DNA of 54,556 nt, taken from NCBI GenBank assembly GCA_964394395.1, contig CAYMWV010000005.1, positions 4,780 to 59,335 of the forward strand. Reading direction: 5' to 3'. The position numbers and the translations under genes were made by a program. The notes below the pieces were generated by a model, which worked only from the letters and a program-made list of their open reading frames with translations, searched no databases and had not been told where the DNA came from. Below are positions 29,592 to 40,146 of the stretch, piece after piece; the stretch's first letter is position 1, and each line of letters opens with the position of its first letter. Source of the stretch: an uncultured Sediminispirochaeta sp. Lineage in GTDB: Bacteria > Spirochaetota > Spirochaetia > DSM-16054 > Sediminispirochaetaceae.

Positions 29592-29849
29592 ATGATGGAC
29601 GTATTAGATGATATGGACTTATTAGCCAACGGTGACGAGCATCACATTGACGACGATTTTGATGATTACGGTTCTGACTTTGATGATGACTATGACGAAT
29701 TTGAGGATGACCTTGTTGACGAAGAGTACGGCGAGGAGCTTGAAGAAGATCTTGATGAGGATGAAGAGTTTGACGACGACGAAGAGCTTCTCGATGATGA
29801 AGATCTCGATTACGATGACGGCTTAGACTACGACGACTTTGATGAATGA
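29592..29849 (+). CDS. Extremely acidic small protein (50/85 Asp+Glu, no Lys/Arg)
   Basis: Own promoter and SD-like site; non-repetitive GAY/GAR codons; fills the intergenic space; 3' end overlaps rsfS. Confidence 0.75.
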   Translation: MMDVLDDMDLLANGDEHHIDDDFDDYGSDFDDDYDEFEDDLVDEEYGEELEEDLDEDEEFDDDEELLDDEDLDYDDGLDYDDFDE

Positions 29850-30223
29850 TCGGGATAGAGAATAGTACCTTCAAACCAGAGCCTTTCCAGGTCGTAAAAT
29901 TCCCTCATCTCTTTTGTCATAAGGTGGATTACTAAAAAGCCGCAATCGATGAGTTCCCAGCCGTCATCGGCGATCCTCTTGTGTCTGTGAAGCACTTCAA
30001 TATTAAGTTCTGACAACTTTTCCTTTACATTGCGTACCAAGCCTTTCAGGTGTCCCAGGCTGCTTACGGTGGAAATAAGAAAAAAATCGGTCCAGTCACT
30101 CTTTCCAGAGAGATCAATCAGGATAGGATTCTCTCCCTTGTGAGCGGAGATTTCATCCGTCAGAGAAAGAGCCGCCTCTTTTCTCTCCTCATGACGCCTA
30201 TTCTGTTTTACAATATCGTCCAT
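29828..30223 (-). CDS. rsfS: Ribosome silencing factor
   Basis: IDLS...TDFFLI, WELIDCG..VIHLM...REFYDLERLW. Confidence 0.92.
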   Translation of the reverse strand: MDDIVKQNRRHEERKEAALSLTDEISAHKGENPILIDLSGKSDWTDFFLISTVSSLGHLKGLVRNVKEKLSELNIEVLHRHKRIADDGWELIDCGFLVIHLMTKEMREFYDLERLWFEGTILYPDHSSKSS

Positions 30224-31403
30224 CAAAATCCTTTCCCAGTACTAAGGTAACATCTATGATAATATCATTTTCCCCAAGAGCAGAAAGTTCACTCTCCGCC
30301 CCGGTCTTTATTTCCTTACATCGAATTACATTGGCAACCCTCTGGGCCTTGGAAATATCGCCTGTGTGATCAACCACATAGCTCTTTTCAAGTTCTCCAT
30401 CTCCAAAATTACCAAGCAAGGGTACCTCATAACCAAAACTTTTGTATACGGTTCTGGTTCTACCAGCTAATCCATTTCTTGTTGTTCCATTCAAGATGCG
30501 TATATTTACCCTTAGCTCTTCATCACTAACGATAGATTCATTTGCCAGTGATATGAGGGTCTGATCGACCGTTTCCCTAACCAGCTTTCCCTCATAATGC
30601 GGGAAAAGGAGCTCCGACCCATCCACCATACGCCGGGTACCAAGAACCCGCTGAAAAACAATTCTATCACCATCGAGAAGGGATAAAGCCTCAATAAAGG
30701 ATAGCAGGGCATCTTTTGACAGATTGATATCCGTTCTCTCCATAAAAAGATCCATCGCTTTCCGATTATTAAAGAGTTTTGCTCTTTCGCCAAGTTTTCC
30801 CATAAAGGACTGAACCAGGCGCTGCCTCCGGTTAATCCGCTCAATCTCAGGCTCTCCCGGATCGTAATAGGTTCCATATAGGAGAGCTTTATCGCCATAG
30901 AGAACTACACTACCCGAAGGGAGCAGTACCATTTCATCACCCTCCATGTATTCCACAGGATTAGCGATGAAGGTACTCAGACCTCCAAGAATATCAACAA
31001 CCTGTATAAAATCGGAGAATTCAAACTGTATATAATAGGGAATTTCCAGCCCAAACACCTTGGACACCGCTGCCCGGAAGGGTTCCATATCATCAGGATC
31101 ATAAAGCCGGTCTATCCGGTCTATCTTGTCCACCGATGCGATCATCACACCGATCTCACCGGGAACATCAAATACAGCACCCTTTCCTGTGGCTGTGTGG
31201 AAGATAAAGAGTTCGGAAAAAAAGTGCTCGCCCTGGTCGTTAAAACTTACCAAAAGCGGAATTGGCCGCTGCTCATTTCTGGCCAGAGCTATCTCATTAC
31301 TTCTTGTATTGAAATAAATCACTGCCAGCACAACTCCAAAAAGCAACACCAACAGAATGAGAAATATCAACGCTTTAAGTGATCGGTCGCCGCTTCTCCT
31401 CAC
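30198..31403 (-). CDS. LCP (LytR-CpsA-Psr) family protein with LytR_C domain
   Basis: N-terminal TM, VDILGG, RINRRQ, C-terminal ILNGT.RNGLA...VTLVLGKDF. Confidence 0.85.
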   Translation of the reverse strand: MRRSGDRSLKALIFLILLVLLFGVVLAVIYFNTRSNEIALARNEQRPIPLLVSFNDQGEHFFSELFIFHTATGKGAVFDVPGEIGVMIASVDKIDRIDRLYDPDDMEPFRAAVSKVFGLEIPYYIQFEFSDFIQVVDILGGLSTFIANPVEYMEGDEMVLLPSGSVVLYGDKALLYGTYYDPGEPEIERINRRQRLVQSFMGKLGERAKLFNNRKAMDLFMERTDINLSKDALLSFIEALSLLDGDRIVFQRVLGTRRMVDGSELLFPHYEGKLVRETVDQTLISLANESIVSDEELRVNIRILNGTTRNGLAGRTRTVYKSFGYEVPLLGNFGDGELEKSYVVDHTGDISKAQRVANVIRCKEIKTGAESELSALGENDIIIDVTLVLGKDFDGRYCKTE

Positions 31404-31987
31404 GAAATCGATTGTCCCCTCTTTTTACTATTCCTCTTAAAGGAAAGCAACTCATCATACAAAAGGAGGGAACTCTTGGCAATCCTTCTTCCCCTCTCTC
31501 TCAAAAAGGAAAACTGCTGTTGGAGAATCAGAAGACAAGCGTCATCCAGCTCTCCCTCTGCTATTTCTCTACAAAAAGAATCATCCAGGTGTTTCCTGGC
31601 TGGTTCACAATAATCCGCAATAAAAATGATTTTTGCCAAATCGCCCATACCGGATATTCCCGTAGTGTGATAACAGATCGCCTCAAGGATAGCATCATCC
31701 ATCCAGGGGAATTCCCGTTTCATAATGATTGAACCGCAGTATCCGTGGAGAAGCAATGGATTTTCCTGCTCCTCTGGCTCAAGGTTTTTTCCGCTCTCCC
31801 GGGCCATTTGCAAGCACTGGTCAGGATCAAGCTCCCTGGCTATGTCATGAGCCAGTCCGGCCGTCCAGGCCTGATCTTGATCAAGCCCAAAAGCTTCTGC
31901 CAGGTGAGAAGCCATACGGGCAGTTCTTACGGAGTGGTCAAAACGCTTCCGGGAAAGGTTCTTACTGATATACTCTTCAAGTTTCAA
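31400..31987 (-). CDS. yqeK: YqeK-type HD hydrolase (Ap4A hydrolase)
   Basis: RFDHS, AGLAHDIAR, LLHG, HTTG, IFIADYCEP; follows nadD. Confidence 0.9.
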   Translation of the reverse strand: MKLEEYISKNLSRKRFDHSVRTARMASHLAEAFGLDQDQAWTAGLAHDIARELDPDQCLQMARESGKNLEPEEQENPLLLHGYCGSIIMKREFPWMDDAILEAICYHTTGISGMGDLAKIIFIADYCEPARKHLDDSFCREIAEGELDDACLLILQQQFSFLRERGRRIAKSSLLLYDELLSFKRNSKKRGQSIS

Positions 31988-31996
31988 AGCACACCA

Positions 31997-33606
<1,610 letters not shown>

Positions 33607-33625
33607 CTATACGTAGCCTTACTGA

Positions 33626-33880
33626 TTAAACGGCAGCATCAATGTTAATGTAGCTGCGTCCCATCCGTTTCTGGAACACAACCGTACCGGCAGATTTTGC
33701 AAAAAGGGTATCATCTTTTCCCTTTCCCACATTGAGACCAGGATGGAACTTGGTCCCCCTCTGGCGAACAATGATCTCCCCGGCCTTAACCAACTGACCG
33801 CCGGAACGCTTTACCCCAAGTCGCTGGGACTCGGAATCTCTACCATTTTTAGAACTACCGCCACCCTTTTTATGTGCCAT
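33626..33880 (-). CDS. rpmA: 50S ribosomal protein bL27
   Basis: [16 protein letters not shown]...[13 protein letters not shown]. Confidence 0.98.
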   Translation of the reverse strand: MAHKKGGGSSKNGRDSESQRLGVKRSGGQLVKAGEIIVRQRGTKFHPGLNVGKGKDDTLFAKSAGTVVFQKRMGRSYINIDAAV

Positions 33881-33886
33881 AACGCT

Positions 33887-34225
33887 CTACTCCTTGAACC
33901 TTTTTACCCTGATATCAATCTGCTCAGGATCATCCTCTTGAAGATCGGTTAAACCGGTAATAAGAAAGCGGCAGGCGCCTAGATAACGATCTGCCATTTC
34001 CTCAGGAACGGTACCGATCCTTGCAAACACACATCCCGGAGATGGTGCATCTCCATCTACCAATATGCTCTTCTCATGATCAAGCCACCGGAGAAAGGTA
34101 CGTATTAGGACTGTGGCAGCAGCGCAAACCGGGTTCTCCCCTTTCCGAAAGCCCTTGGCATGTCCGGAGGCAAGGATTGCTTTAACCAATCCTGCACTGT
34201 CCACCTCAAGATCGATTTGTACCAT
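33887..34225 (-). CDS. prp: Ribosomal-processing cysteine protease Prp
   Basis: SGHA...NPVCAA motif; lies between rplU and rpmA. Confidence 0.88.
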   Translation of the reverse strand: MVQIDLEVDSAGLVKAILASGHAKGFRKGENPVCAAATVLIRTFLRWLDHEKSILVDGDAPSPGCVFARIGTVPEEMADRYLGACRFLITGLTDLQEDDPEQIDIRVKRFKE

Positions 34226-34236
34226 TCCGGGGCCCG

Positions 34237-34551
34237 TCAGGCCCCCTGGATTTCGGTTACCCTGAGAAGGGAGTATTTTTGTCGGTGGCCCTGCCGCCGA
34301 CGGTAAGCTTTCCGTTTCTTGAACTTGAAAATCCTTACCTTTTTCCCCTTCTCATGCCCCTCCACCGAGGCCGTTACCACCGCACCAGAAACATAGGGAG
34401 TGCCTACGCTTACCTTACCTTCATTGCTGGTAAGCAGTACCGAATCAAATTCGATGCTATCTCCCTCTTCATTTTCCAGTTTGTCAACGGTCAGGAGAGT
34501 ACCCTTTTCCGCCTTGTACTGTTTTCCTTTAATCTCAACCAATGCGTACAT
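34237..34551 (-). CDS. rplU: 50S ribosomal protein bL21
   Basis: MYALVEIKGKQYK...GHRQKYS. Confidence 0.98.
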   Translation of the reverse strand: MYALVEIKGKQYKAEKGTLLTVDKLENEEGDSIEFDSVLLTSNEGKVSVGTPYVSGAVVTASVEGHEKGKKVRIFKFKKRKAYRRRQGHRQKYSLLRVTEIQGA

Positions 34552-34588
34552 CTATCTACCTCAAATCAACATAATATGCGTAGTGGTT

Positions 34589-34618
34589 CTTATACCACAA
34601 GTTCGCAAAGCCGGTCAA
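34589..34618 (-). promoter_or_regulatory. Sigma-70 promoter of the rplU operon
   Basis: TTGACC, 18 bp, TATAAG with extended TG. Confidence 0.55.
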
Positions 34619-34636
34619 GCAGCCCAGGCTATCTCC

Positions 34637-36418
34637 TTACATTGTCTCTAAAAAGGGGATCCCCAGAAGACGGTAGGCGTTTTTCAACACCTGTAGTACC
34701 GCTTTCGCCAGACTGATACGGGCAAGGACAAGGCTCTTGTTTTCGTTATTCAGTACCGGATTATCATGGTAGTAACGGCTGAAGGTTCTGCTCAGATCGT
34801 AGAGAAAAGCTGCCAGGAGAGCGGGATTGATCTCTTTACCAGCTTGATCCACCTTTGCAGGGAATTCCTCCAAAAGCTTGATCAGCTCTCGCTCCGAATC
34901 CTCTTTCAAAAGGGAAAGATCCGCCTCAGCTTCCTCAAGATCCCCCTTACGAGCTTCAAACTTCCGCATCATGCTGCTTATCCGGGCGCCCATATACTGC
35001 AGGTAGGGACCGGTATTACCATTGAAGGATATGGACTCTTTGGGATCAAAAACCATATCCTTTCCAGGGGATACCTGAAGCAGGTAATAGTTGAGAGCCG
35101 CCAGGGCTACAGCATCGGCGGTCTCTTTTACATCCCCCACCTCTTCTTCCCTGCCCTTGCTGATAATCTCCTCTTCCGCCATTCTGGAAAGTTCGGCGAA
35201 GAGCTCATCCGCATCCACCACCGTTCCTTCCCGGCTTTTCATCTTCCCCTCCGGAAGGTTTACCATCCCATAGGAGAGGTGGTAGAGGTTTTTTGCCCAG
35301 GGGAGAGCAAGCTTTTCCAGCACATGAAAGAGCACTTTAAAGTGGTACTGCTGTTCCGAGGCAACCACATAGACCAGCCGATCAAAGGGCCAGTCCTCGT
35401 GCCGGGCTATGGCAGTCCCGATATCCTGGGTCAGATAAAGCGTTGTTCCGTCGCTACGCAGAAGAACCTTCTTATCCAGCTTGATCTCCTCCAGATCAAC
35501 CCAGACCGAGCCGTCAGCTTCCCGGTAAAAGGCCCCCGATTCCAGACCTTTTAACACCTCATGCCTCCCGGCAGAGTAGGTTTTGCTCTCATAGTAGACA
35601 TCGTCGAAGCTGATACCGGTATTTTTGTAGGTCTCTTCAATTCCTTCAACAGTCCATCGGTTCATCAACTTCCACAGCTCTACCGTCTCCGGGTCTCCAG
35701 CCTCCCATTTCCGCAGAAGCTCCCTCGCCTCTTCTTCTGCTCCGGGATACTCTTTAACCCAGTCGTTGTACCGAACATAGTAATCACCTACGAAATGGTC
35801 ACTCTTTATTCCCTCGGAGTCAGGGGTTTTACCTTCACCAAAACGGAGATAGGCAAGCATGGATTTACAGATATGGATTCCCCTGTCATTTATCAGGTTC
35901 ACCCTTCTAACTTCGGCTCCATTTGCCTCAATAATGCGGCTGACACAGGAACCGAGGGCATCGTTTCGCAAATGACCCAGGTGGAGGGGCTTGTTGGTGT
36001 TGGGACAGGAGAACTCCACCATCACCTTCTGTCCCTGATAACAGCTTCCCCTGCCGTAATCATCCTTCTCTTCTGCTATCCGGTCAAAAAGCTCTCCTAC
36101 AAGAGATGTCAGATCAAAACGAATATTGACATAGGGTCCTTCAGCTGATGCGGATCCGGATATCCCCCTTTCAGAGGCGAGAGCCACGGCAATGGCTGCC
36201 ACATCCCGGGCAATATCGTCAGGAGAGCGACGAAAGAGCTTTGCGTAGGGAAACATGGGAAAAGCGAGATCCCCCATCTCTGGTTTAGGAGGTTTACTCA
36301 CCCCGATAGAATCTCTCTCAGGAAGTCCGATATCTAATTTCAACTCTTGATTGTACCTTGCCAGCGACAAAGCTATTGCCTCAATCCATGCTGCCTTGAT
36401 GTCGGCCATATCAGCCAT
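34637..36418 (-). CDS. argS: Arginine-tRNA ligase
   Basis: EFSCPNTNKPLHLGHLRN, KMKSR, GNTGPYLQY. Confidence 0.97.
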   Translation of the reverse strand: MADMADIKAAWIEAIALSLARYNQELKLDIGLPERDSIGVSKPPKPEMGDLAFPMFPYAKLFRRSPDDIARDVAAIAVALASERGISGSASAEGPYVNIRFDLTSLVGELFDRIAEEKDDYGRGSCYQGQKVMVEFSCPNTNKPLHLGHLRNDALGSCVSRIIEANGAEVRRVNLINDRGIHICKSMLAYLRFGEGKTPDSEGIKSDHFVGDYYVRYNDWVKEYPGAEEEARELLRKWEAGDPETVELWKLMNRWTVEGIEETYKNTGISFDDVYYESKTYSAGRHEVLKGLESGAFYREADGSVWVDLEEIKLDKKVLLRSDGTTLYLTQDIGTAIARHEDWPFDRLVYVVASEQQYHFKVLFHVLEKLALPWAKNLYHLSYGMVNLPEGKMKSREGTVVDADELFAELSRMAEEEIISKGREEEVGDVKETADAVALAALNYYLLQVSPGKDMVFDPKESISFNGNTGPYLQYMGARISSMMRKFEARKGDLEEAEADLSLLKEDSERELIKLLEEFPAKVDQAGKEINPALLAAFLYDLSRTFSRYYHDNPVLNNENKSLVLARISLAKAVLQVLKNAYRLLGIPFLETM

Positions 36419-36455
36419 ACAATTCTCCTCCGCTACACCTTTTCGGTGGCCAACT

Positions 36456-37151
36456 TTACTGGAAATAGCCGATCAATGCAAGCATCCGGGTAAATCCATC
36501 AGGACCCTCCCGACGAAAACTCCCGAATCGCCCGTCACAGCAGGTGCAGCTCCCTTCAATAGTGATCTGCCGCATCGGAACACCAGCCCCCTGGAGCAAG
36601 CTGCTGTTTACCCGGGGAAGATCCAGGCTCTCACCCCTCAGCGACCTTTCACCATACCTATTGCGGAACAATTCCTGCCGCTTTAGATCTACCCTGTAGC
36701 AGCAGGGGCCGATGGAGGGGCCAATAAAAGCTTCTATCTGCTCCGGATTGACTCCGTACTGCTCCTTCATCAACTCAAGCCCCTCCAGAACAATTCCAGT
36801 GCCTTTCCAACCGGAGTGGAAAGCACCAAAACAGCGCCCCTTCTGGTCCGCCAGGAAGATCGGCAGGCAATCGGCCACAGTGACACCCAGCACATGCTCC
36901 TTTTCTCCACTTACAAGGCCATCTCCTTCTAAAGGGGTATCCCGGGAGAGAGGCGGCACAGCTATAACGGTTTTTGAATGAATCTGCTTCAGGGTCCACA
37001 CCTTCTGGTGACTTATCCCCAGACTTCGGTAGAGTATTTCCCGATTGTCTCTCGATTCTCTACCCATATCACCAGCACTGTGGAGTGAAATCACAATCCT
37101 TAGATTGCTAGTTGAGAAAGGGGTAAAAGTGAGTAGATCCCCCTTATCCAT
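36456..37151 (-). CDS. pgeF: PgeF/YfiH laccase-domain protein
   Basis: KQIHS, VADCLP, HSGWKG, GPSIGPCCY, CTCC...SFRR. ATG 37151 overlaps the upstream stop. Confidence 0.9.
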   Translation of the reverse strand: MDKGDLLTFTPFSTSNLRIVISLHSAGDMGRESRDNREILYRSLGISHQKVWTLKQIHSKTVIAVPPLSRDTPLEGDGLVSGEKEHVLGVTVADCLPIFLADQKGRCFGAFHSGWKGTGIVLEGLELMKEQYGVNPEQIEAFIGPSIGPCCYRVDLKRQELFRNRYGERSLRGESLDLPRVNSSLLQGAGVPMRQITIEGSCTCCDGRFGSFRREGPDGFTRMLALIGYFQ

Positions 37152-38820
37152 CGATATGTCTTTCAATCTCGTAGAGGCCTTTGGTAATATGAAGGGCTTT
37201 ATCCAGTATGGTACGAACATCCCGGAGACGTCTTAGGAGGTTCCGGTTGTCATTTTTCCCGATATAACCAAGATTACTCAGGGTATCGTACCTTCCTCCC
37301 ATATCACCATCTACTATTCCGTTAATGACATGTATCATAATCTGCATTTGGTCAATAAAGGTAGTGACAATCCTTTCAGCATCTCTCTCTAATTCCCCTA
37401 TAATACTTTGAATCCTTTTTCTGATAATTTTTGAACCCATCATCTCTTTTGAAGCAACTTCAATATCATTCCGTAACCTGGAGTCTCCACTCAAAGAAAT
37501 GTCTATGTGACGGATCTCATCGATACTTTTCAGGATAGCACTGTATGATTCGTTGTACTCCTCTCTATTTCGTTCTTTATAAAACTGACCATCAATGAGA
37601 ACCAGCTTGAGCGGACTGTGAAGCTCCTGCAGGAAGCGTTCTTTCACAAAGGTGTTGATAAAACTGACAGAAACATAGAAAGCGGGTTGTACATCCATGG
37701 GCAGAATACCGAAACGATAATAATCGAGCATAGGCAAATCCTTCTTCCCAAGAAAAGTAGCTGCATCTATAACCGCTCTATCCCGTTTTACCCGTTCTAT
37801 ATATTGATCAAGAGCCTTGGCAACCCGTTTCTCCCAAAACTCCCGGTATTGACGAAACCAATCCTCTCCTCCGCTGATCTGTCCTGCCCGGTAGTTTAAA
37901 TTCCTGCCCACAATCTTGCAAAGATCATTCAACCGGACCTGACTGACAAAACGACGCAGCAGTCTGAACAGCCGGTTTACCTCTTCCATTGCTGCTGTAA
38001 TCCGCTCTTCAGGATTGAAATTCTTCTCCTCCAGTTCCTGATCCAGGTTAAAAACAAAGAGTACTTTTAGTGTCTCCTCCTCTGGTAGAGGATCAAGTGA
38101 GTGAATGACTTTACTAAACTCATAAAGCTGATTCTTTACCTGACTGAAATCTCTTTGCCCAGTCAAAGTGTCAAGGGGAAAATCGATCAGCTTCTTTAGC
38201 AATATCAGGGAGCGGGATTCCCGGTAGAAAGTCTTGCGATCTTCCTCATCTATCTCTGAAAGCCGGTCGGAAAGCTTTCCTTCCACAGCAATCCGTACTT
38301 CCTGAGGCTCGTCTAGAGAGTTCTCAAAGGCAATGTTGGCAGGATCGAGAAGGGTGAGCAGCTCCTCTTGAAGCAAGGGCATTTTCCAGCCCACAAGAAA
38401 AGCGATAAAATCGCTCTTTTGACCACCAAATATCTTCCCGATAGGGATTACAAAAAATTGGATCGCTTCTTTGATCTCACCAATTTTTTCATCGAAAAAT
38501 GGACCCAGCTCTCCATTTTCATAATAAATCAGCGATTCTGAGCTTTCCTGGATACTTCTTGCCAGGGTCCGGATCGCTTTCTCCTCTACCAGCTCATATT
38601 TATCTGTACTGGTGAGTAGGGATTTGAAAAAAAAGAAAAGCTTCTTCCAGAAAGGGAAACGTTCATATTCCGTTATAGCATCCCAGTTTCCCTCTTCCTC
38701 ATAAACAATGAGGGGTTCAAGATCTATCCTTTCCAGACCATGAATCTTTTCAAGCATTCTTTTGCGCTCTTCATTTGAAAGGGTCTGAACAAGATGATCA
38801 AAGGTAGATTGAACTTTCAT
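37144..38820 (-). CDS. Hypothetical helical protein (possibly the spirochaete DUF5312 family)
   Basis: 558-aa ORF; motifs LSNEERKRML and GGEDWF. Family assignment is from recall only. Confidence 0.65.
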   Translation of the reverse strand: MKVQSTFDHLVQTLSNEERKRMLEKIHGLERIDLEPLIVYEEEGNWDAITEYERFPFWKKLFFFFKSLLTSTDKYELVEEKAIRTLARSIQESSESLIYYENGELGPFFDEKIGEIKEAIQFFVIPIGKIFGGQKSDFIAFLVGWKMPLLQEELLTLLDPANIAFENSLDEPQEVRIAVEGKLSDRLSEIDEEDRKTFYRESRSLILLKKLIDFPLDTLTGQRDFSQVKNQLYEFSKVIHSLDPLPEEETLKVLFVFNLDQELEEKNFNPEERITAAMEEVNRLFRLLRRFVSQVRLNDLCKIVGRNLNYRAGQISGGEDWFRQYREFWEKRVAKALDQYIERVKRDRAVIDAATFLGKKDLPMLDYYRFGILPMDVQPAFYVSVSFINTFVKERFLQELHSPLKLVLIDGQFYKERNREEYNESYSAILKSIDEIRHIDISLSGDSRLRNDIEVASKEMMGSKIIRKRIQSIIGELERDAERIVTTFIDQMQIMIHVINGIVDGDMGGRYDTLSNLGYIGKNDNRNLLRRLRDVRTILDKALHITKGLYEIERHIDG

Positions 38821-38908
38821 AAGTAATTGGATAATAGTTCATTGAAGAGAAAAACACAAGAAATATTGCTTCTGAACACCCTTTTGCAGGAGAGATAAGA
38901 GCGGTGGC

Positions 38909-38938
38909 AAACAAAAAGGCTGCCTGAACAGGCAGCCT
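38909..38938 (-). terminator. Intrinsic terminator of the tRNA pair
   Basis: AGGCTGCCTG/CAGGCAGCCT stem followed by a T-rich tract on the minus strand. Confidence 0.8.
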
Positions 38939-38947
38939 CATCTGGTT

Positions 38948-39019
38948 TAGTCCCTAGGGGAATCGAACCCCTCTTTGAAGACTGAGAATCTTCCGTCCTA
39001 GCCGATAGACGAAGGGACC
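38948..39019 (-). tRNA. tRNA-Glu(CTC)
   Basis: GGTCCCT/AGGGACT acceptor stem; GAAGA-TTCTCAG-TCTTC anticodon arm; GGTTCGATTCC. Confidence 0.95.
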
Positions 39020-39026
39020 GCGGAAG

Positions 39027-39097
39027 CTGGCCGAGAAGGATTTGAACCCTCACAAACAGAACCAGAATCTGTCGTGCTACCTTTACACTATCGGCCA
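39027..39097 (-). tRNA. tRNA-Gln(CTG)
   Basis: TGGCCGA/TCGGCCA acceptor stem; ACAGA-TTCTGGT-TCTGT anticodon arm; GGTTCAAATCC. Confidence 0.95.
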
Positions 39098-39109
39098 CCG
39101 ATGAAGGAG

Positions 39110-39138
39110 AATCTACTAAAAGACGTTCTTTTTGTCAA
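39110..39138 (-). promoter_or_regulatory. Sigma-70 promoter of tRNA-Gln/tRNA-Glu
   Basis: TTGACA, 17 bp, TAGATT. Confidence 0.8.
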
Positions 39139-39207
39139 CTCCTGGCCAGCAATTCTCAAAGTAAGACGACCACTACCAGTGGTCGACCATAAAAACCATA
39201 GAGGAAA

Positions 39208-39478
39208 AGGAATTCGGGGTGTGGCAAGGAAATAAGCTGAAATTTGATGCAAAACCCATGATTTCTGCGCAGTATCACCGACTTCGGGCCTCTGGAAGCT
39301 CTCGTGGTTTGCTCCACAAACCACTGCCGCTTCCAGAGCTCGCGATGTCGCTGCGCGAATCGCTGGCCTGGTCGTTCGCTACGCTCACTGCTCGGCTTGG
39401 CGTCCTACGCTAATGAGCAAGAATCATGGGTTTTGCAATCAGGTTTTCAATTGCTATTTTGCCACATTGAGAATTCCT
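39208..39478. mobile_element. 271-bp foldback/MITE-like element with ~60-bp imperfect TIRs and internal hairpins
   Basis: AGGAATTC..TGTGGCAA..TGCAAAACCCATGATT mirrored by AATCATGGGTTTTGCA..TTGCCACA..GAATTCCT; internal CTCTGGAAGC/GCTTCCAGAG hairpin. Confidence 0.75.
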
Positions 39479-39518
39479 GACTCCTGGCATCCCCTTTTGC
39501 GGTGCAGAGAAAGGAGCC

Positions 39519-40052
39519 TCACTCATTATCATACTTCTGTAAAACCTCTACCCTGCATCCTGGAAGCTGTTCCCGGTAGCCGAGAAAGGGCAGACCAATA
39601 ACTGAAAATACTTCCGATACAATGGCCCCTTCCTCCCGGAAAAGATCGACCGCCGCCCGTACGGTGCCTCCGGTGGCGATAAGATCATCCACCATCAGAA
39701 CGTTTTTTCCCACCGGAATATCCGCCTTGTGAATTTCCACCCGGTCTTCTCCATACTCAAGAGAGAAGTTTTTTGCCACCGTCTCTCCCGGCAGTTTTCC
39801 TTTCTTACGAACCAGTATAAGAGGCAAAGCGAGGCGGTCGGCCAAAGGAGCAGCAAAAAGAAAGCCTCTGGCCTCAATGGCAGCAAGCGCTTCGATACCT
39901 CTATCCCGGTAAATCTCAACCATGGCATCAATAGTTGCCCGAAAGGCATCGGCCTTTCCTAAAAGGCTGGTTATGTCGAAAAAGAGAATCCCAGGTTTAG
40001 GGAAATCGGGGATCTTTCGAATTGCGCTATCAAAATCAAAACTGCTGTTCAT
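39519..40052 (-). CDS. apt: Adenine phosphoribosyltransferase
   Basis: IPDFPKPGILFFDI, EARGF, VRKKGKLP, VDDLIATGGT. Confidence 0.97.
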   Translation of the reverse strand: MNSSFDFDSAIRKIPDFPKPGILFFDITSLLGKADAFRATIDAMVEIYRDRGIEALAAIEARGFLFAAPLADRLALPLILVRKKGKLPGETVAKNFSLEYGEDRVEIHKADIPVGKNVLMVDDLIATGGTVRAAVDLFREEGAIVSEVFSVIGLPFLGYREQLPGCRVEVLQKYDNE

Positions 40053-40146
40053 AGTACCTACAATAATATGATATCCCCCTTCAAATAAAGAGGGCAAAAT
40101 AAAAAACGTTGCATTTTTTCCTCTCTTCTTCTATCCTTCTTCCGGT

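Noticed and set aside
29590-29874. Minus-strand His/Arg/Gln-rich ORF and the Thr/Met-rich alternative frame 29632-29826
   Set aside because: By-products of the GAY/GAR codon run of the acidic gene; promoter and SD support only 29592.
38948-39478. tRNA-anchored genomic island or prophage
   Set aside because: No integrase and no duplicated tRNA 3' end; flanks are housekeeping genes.
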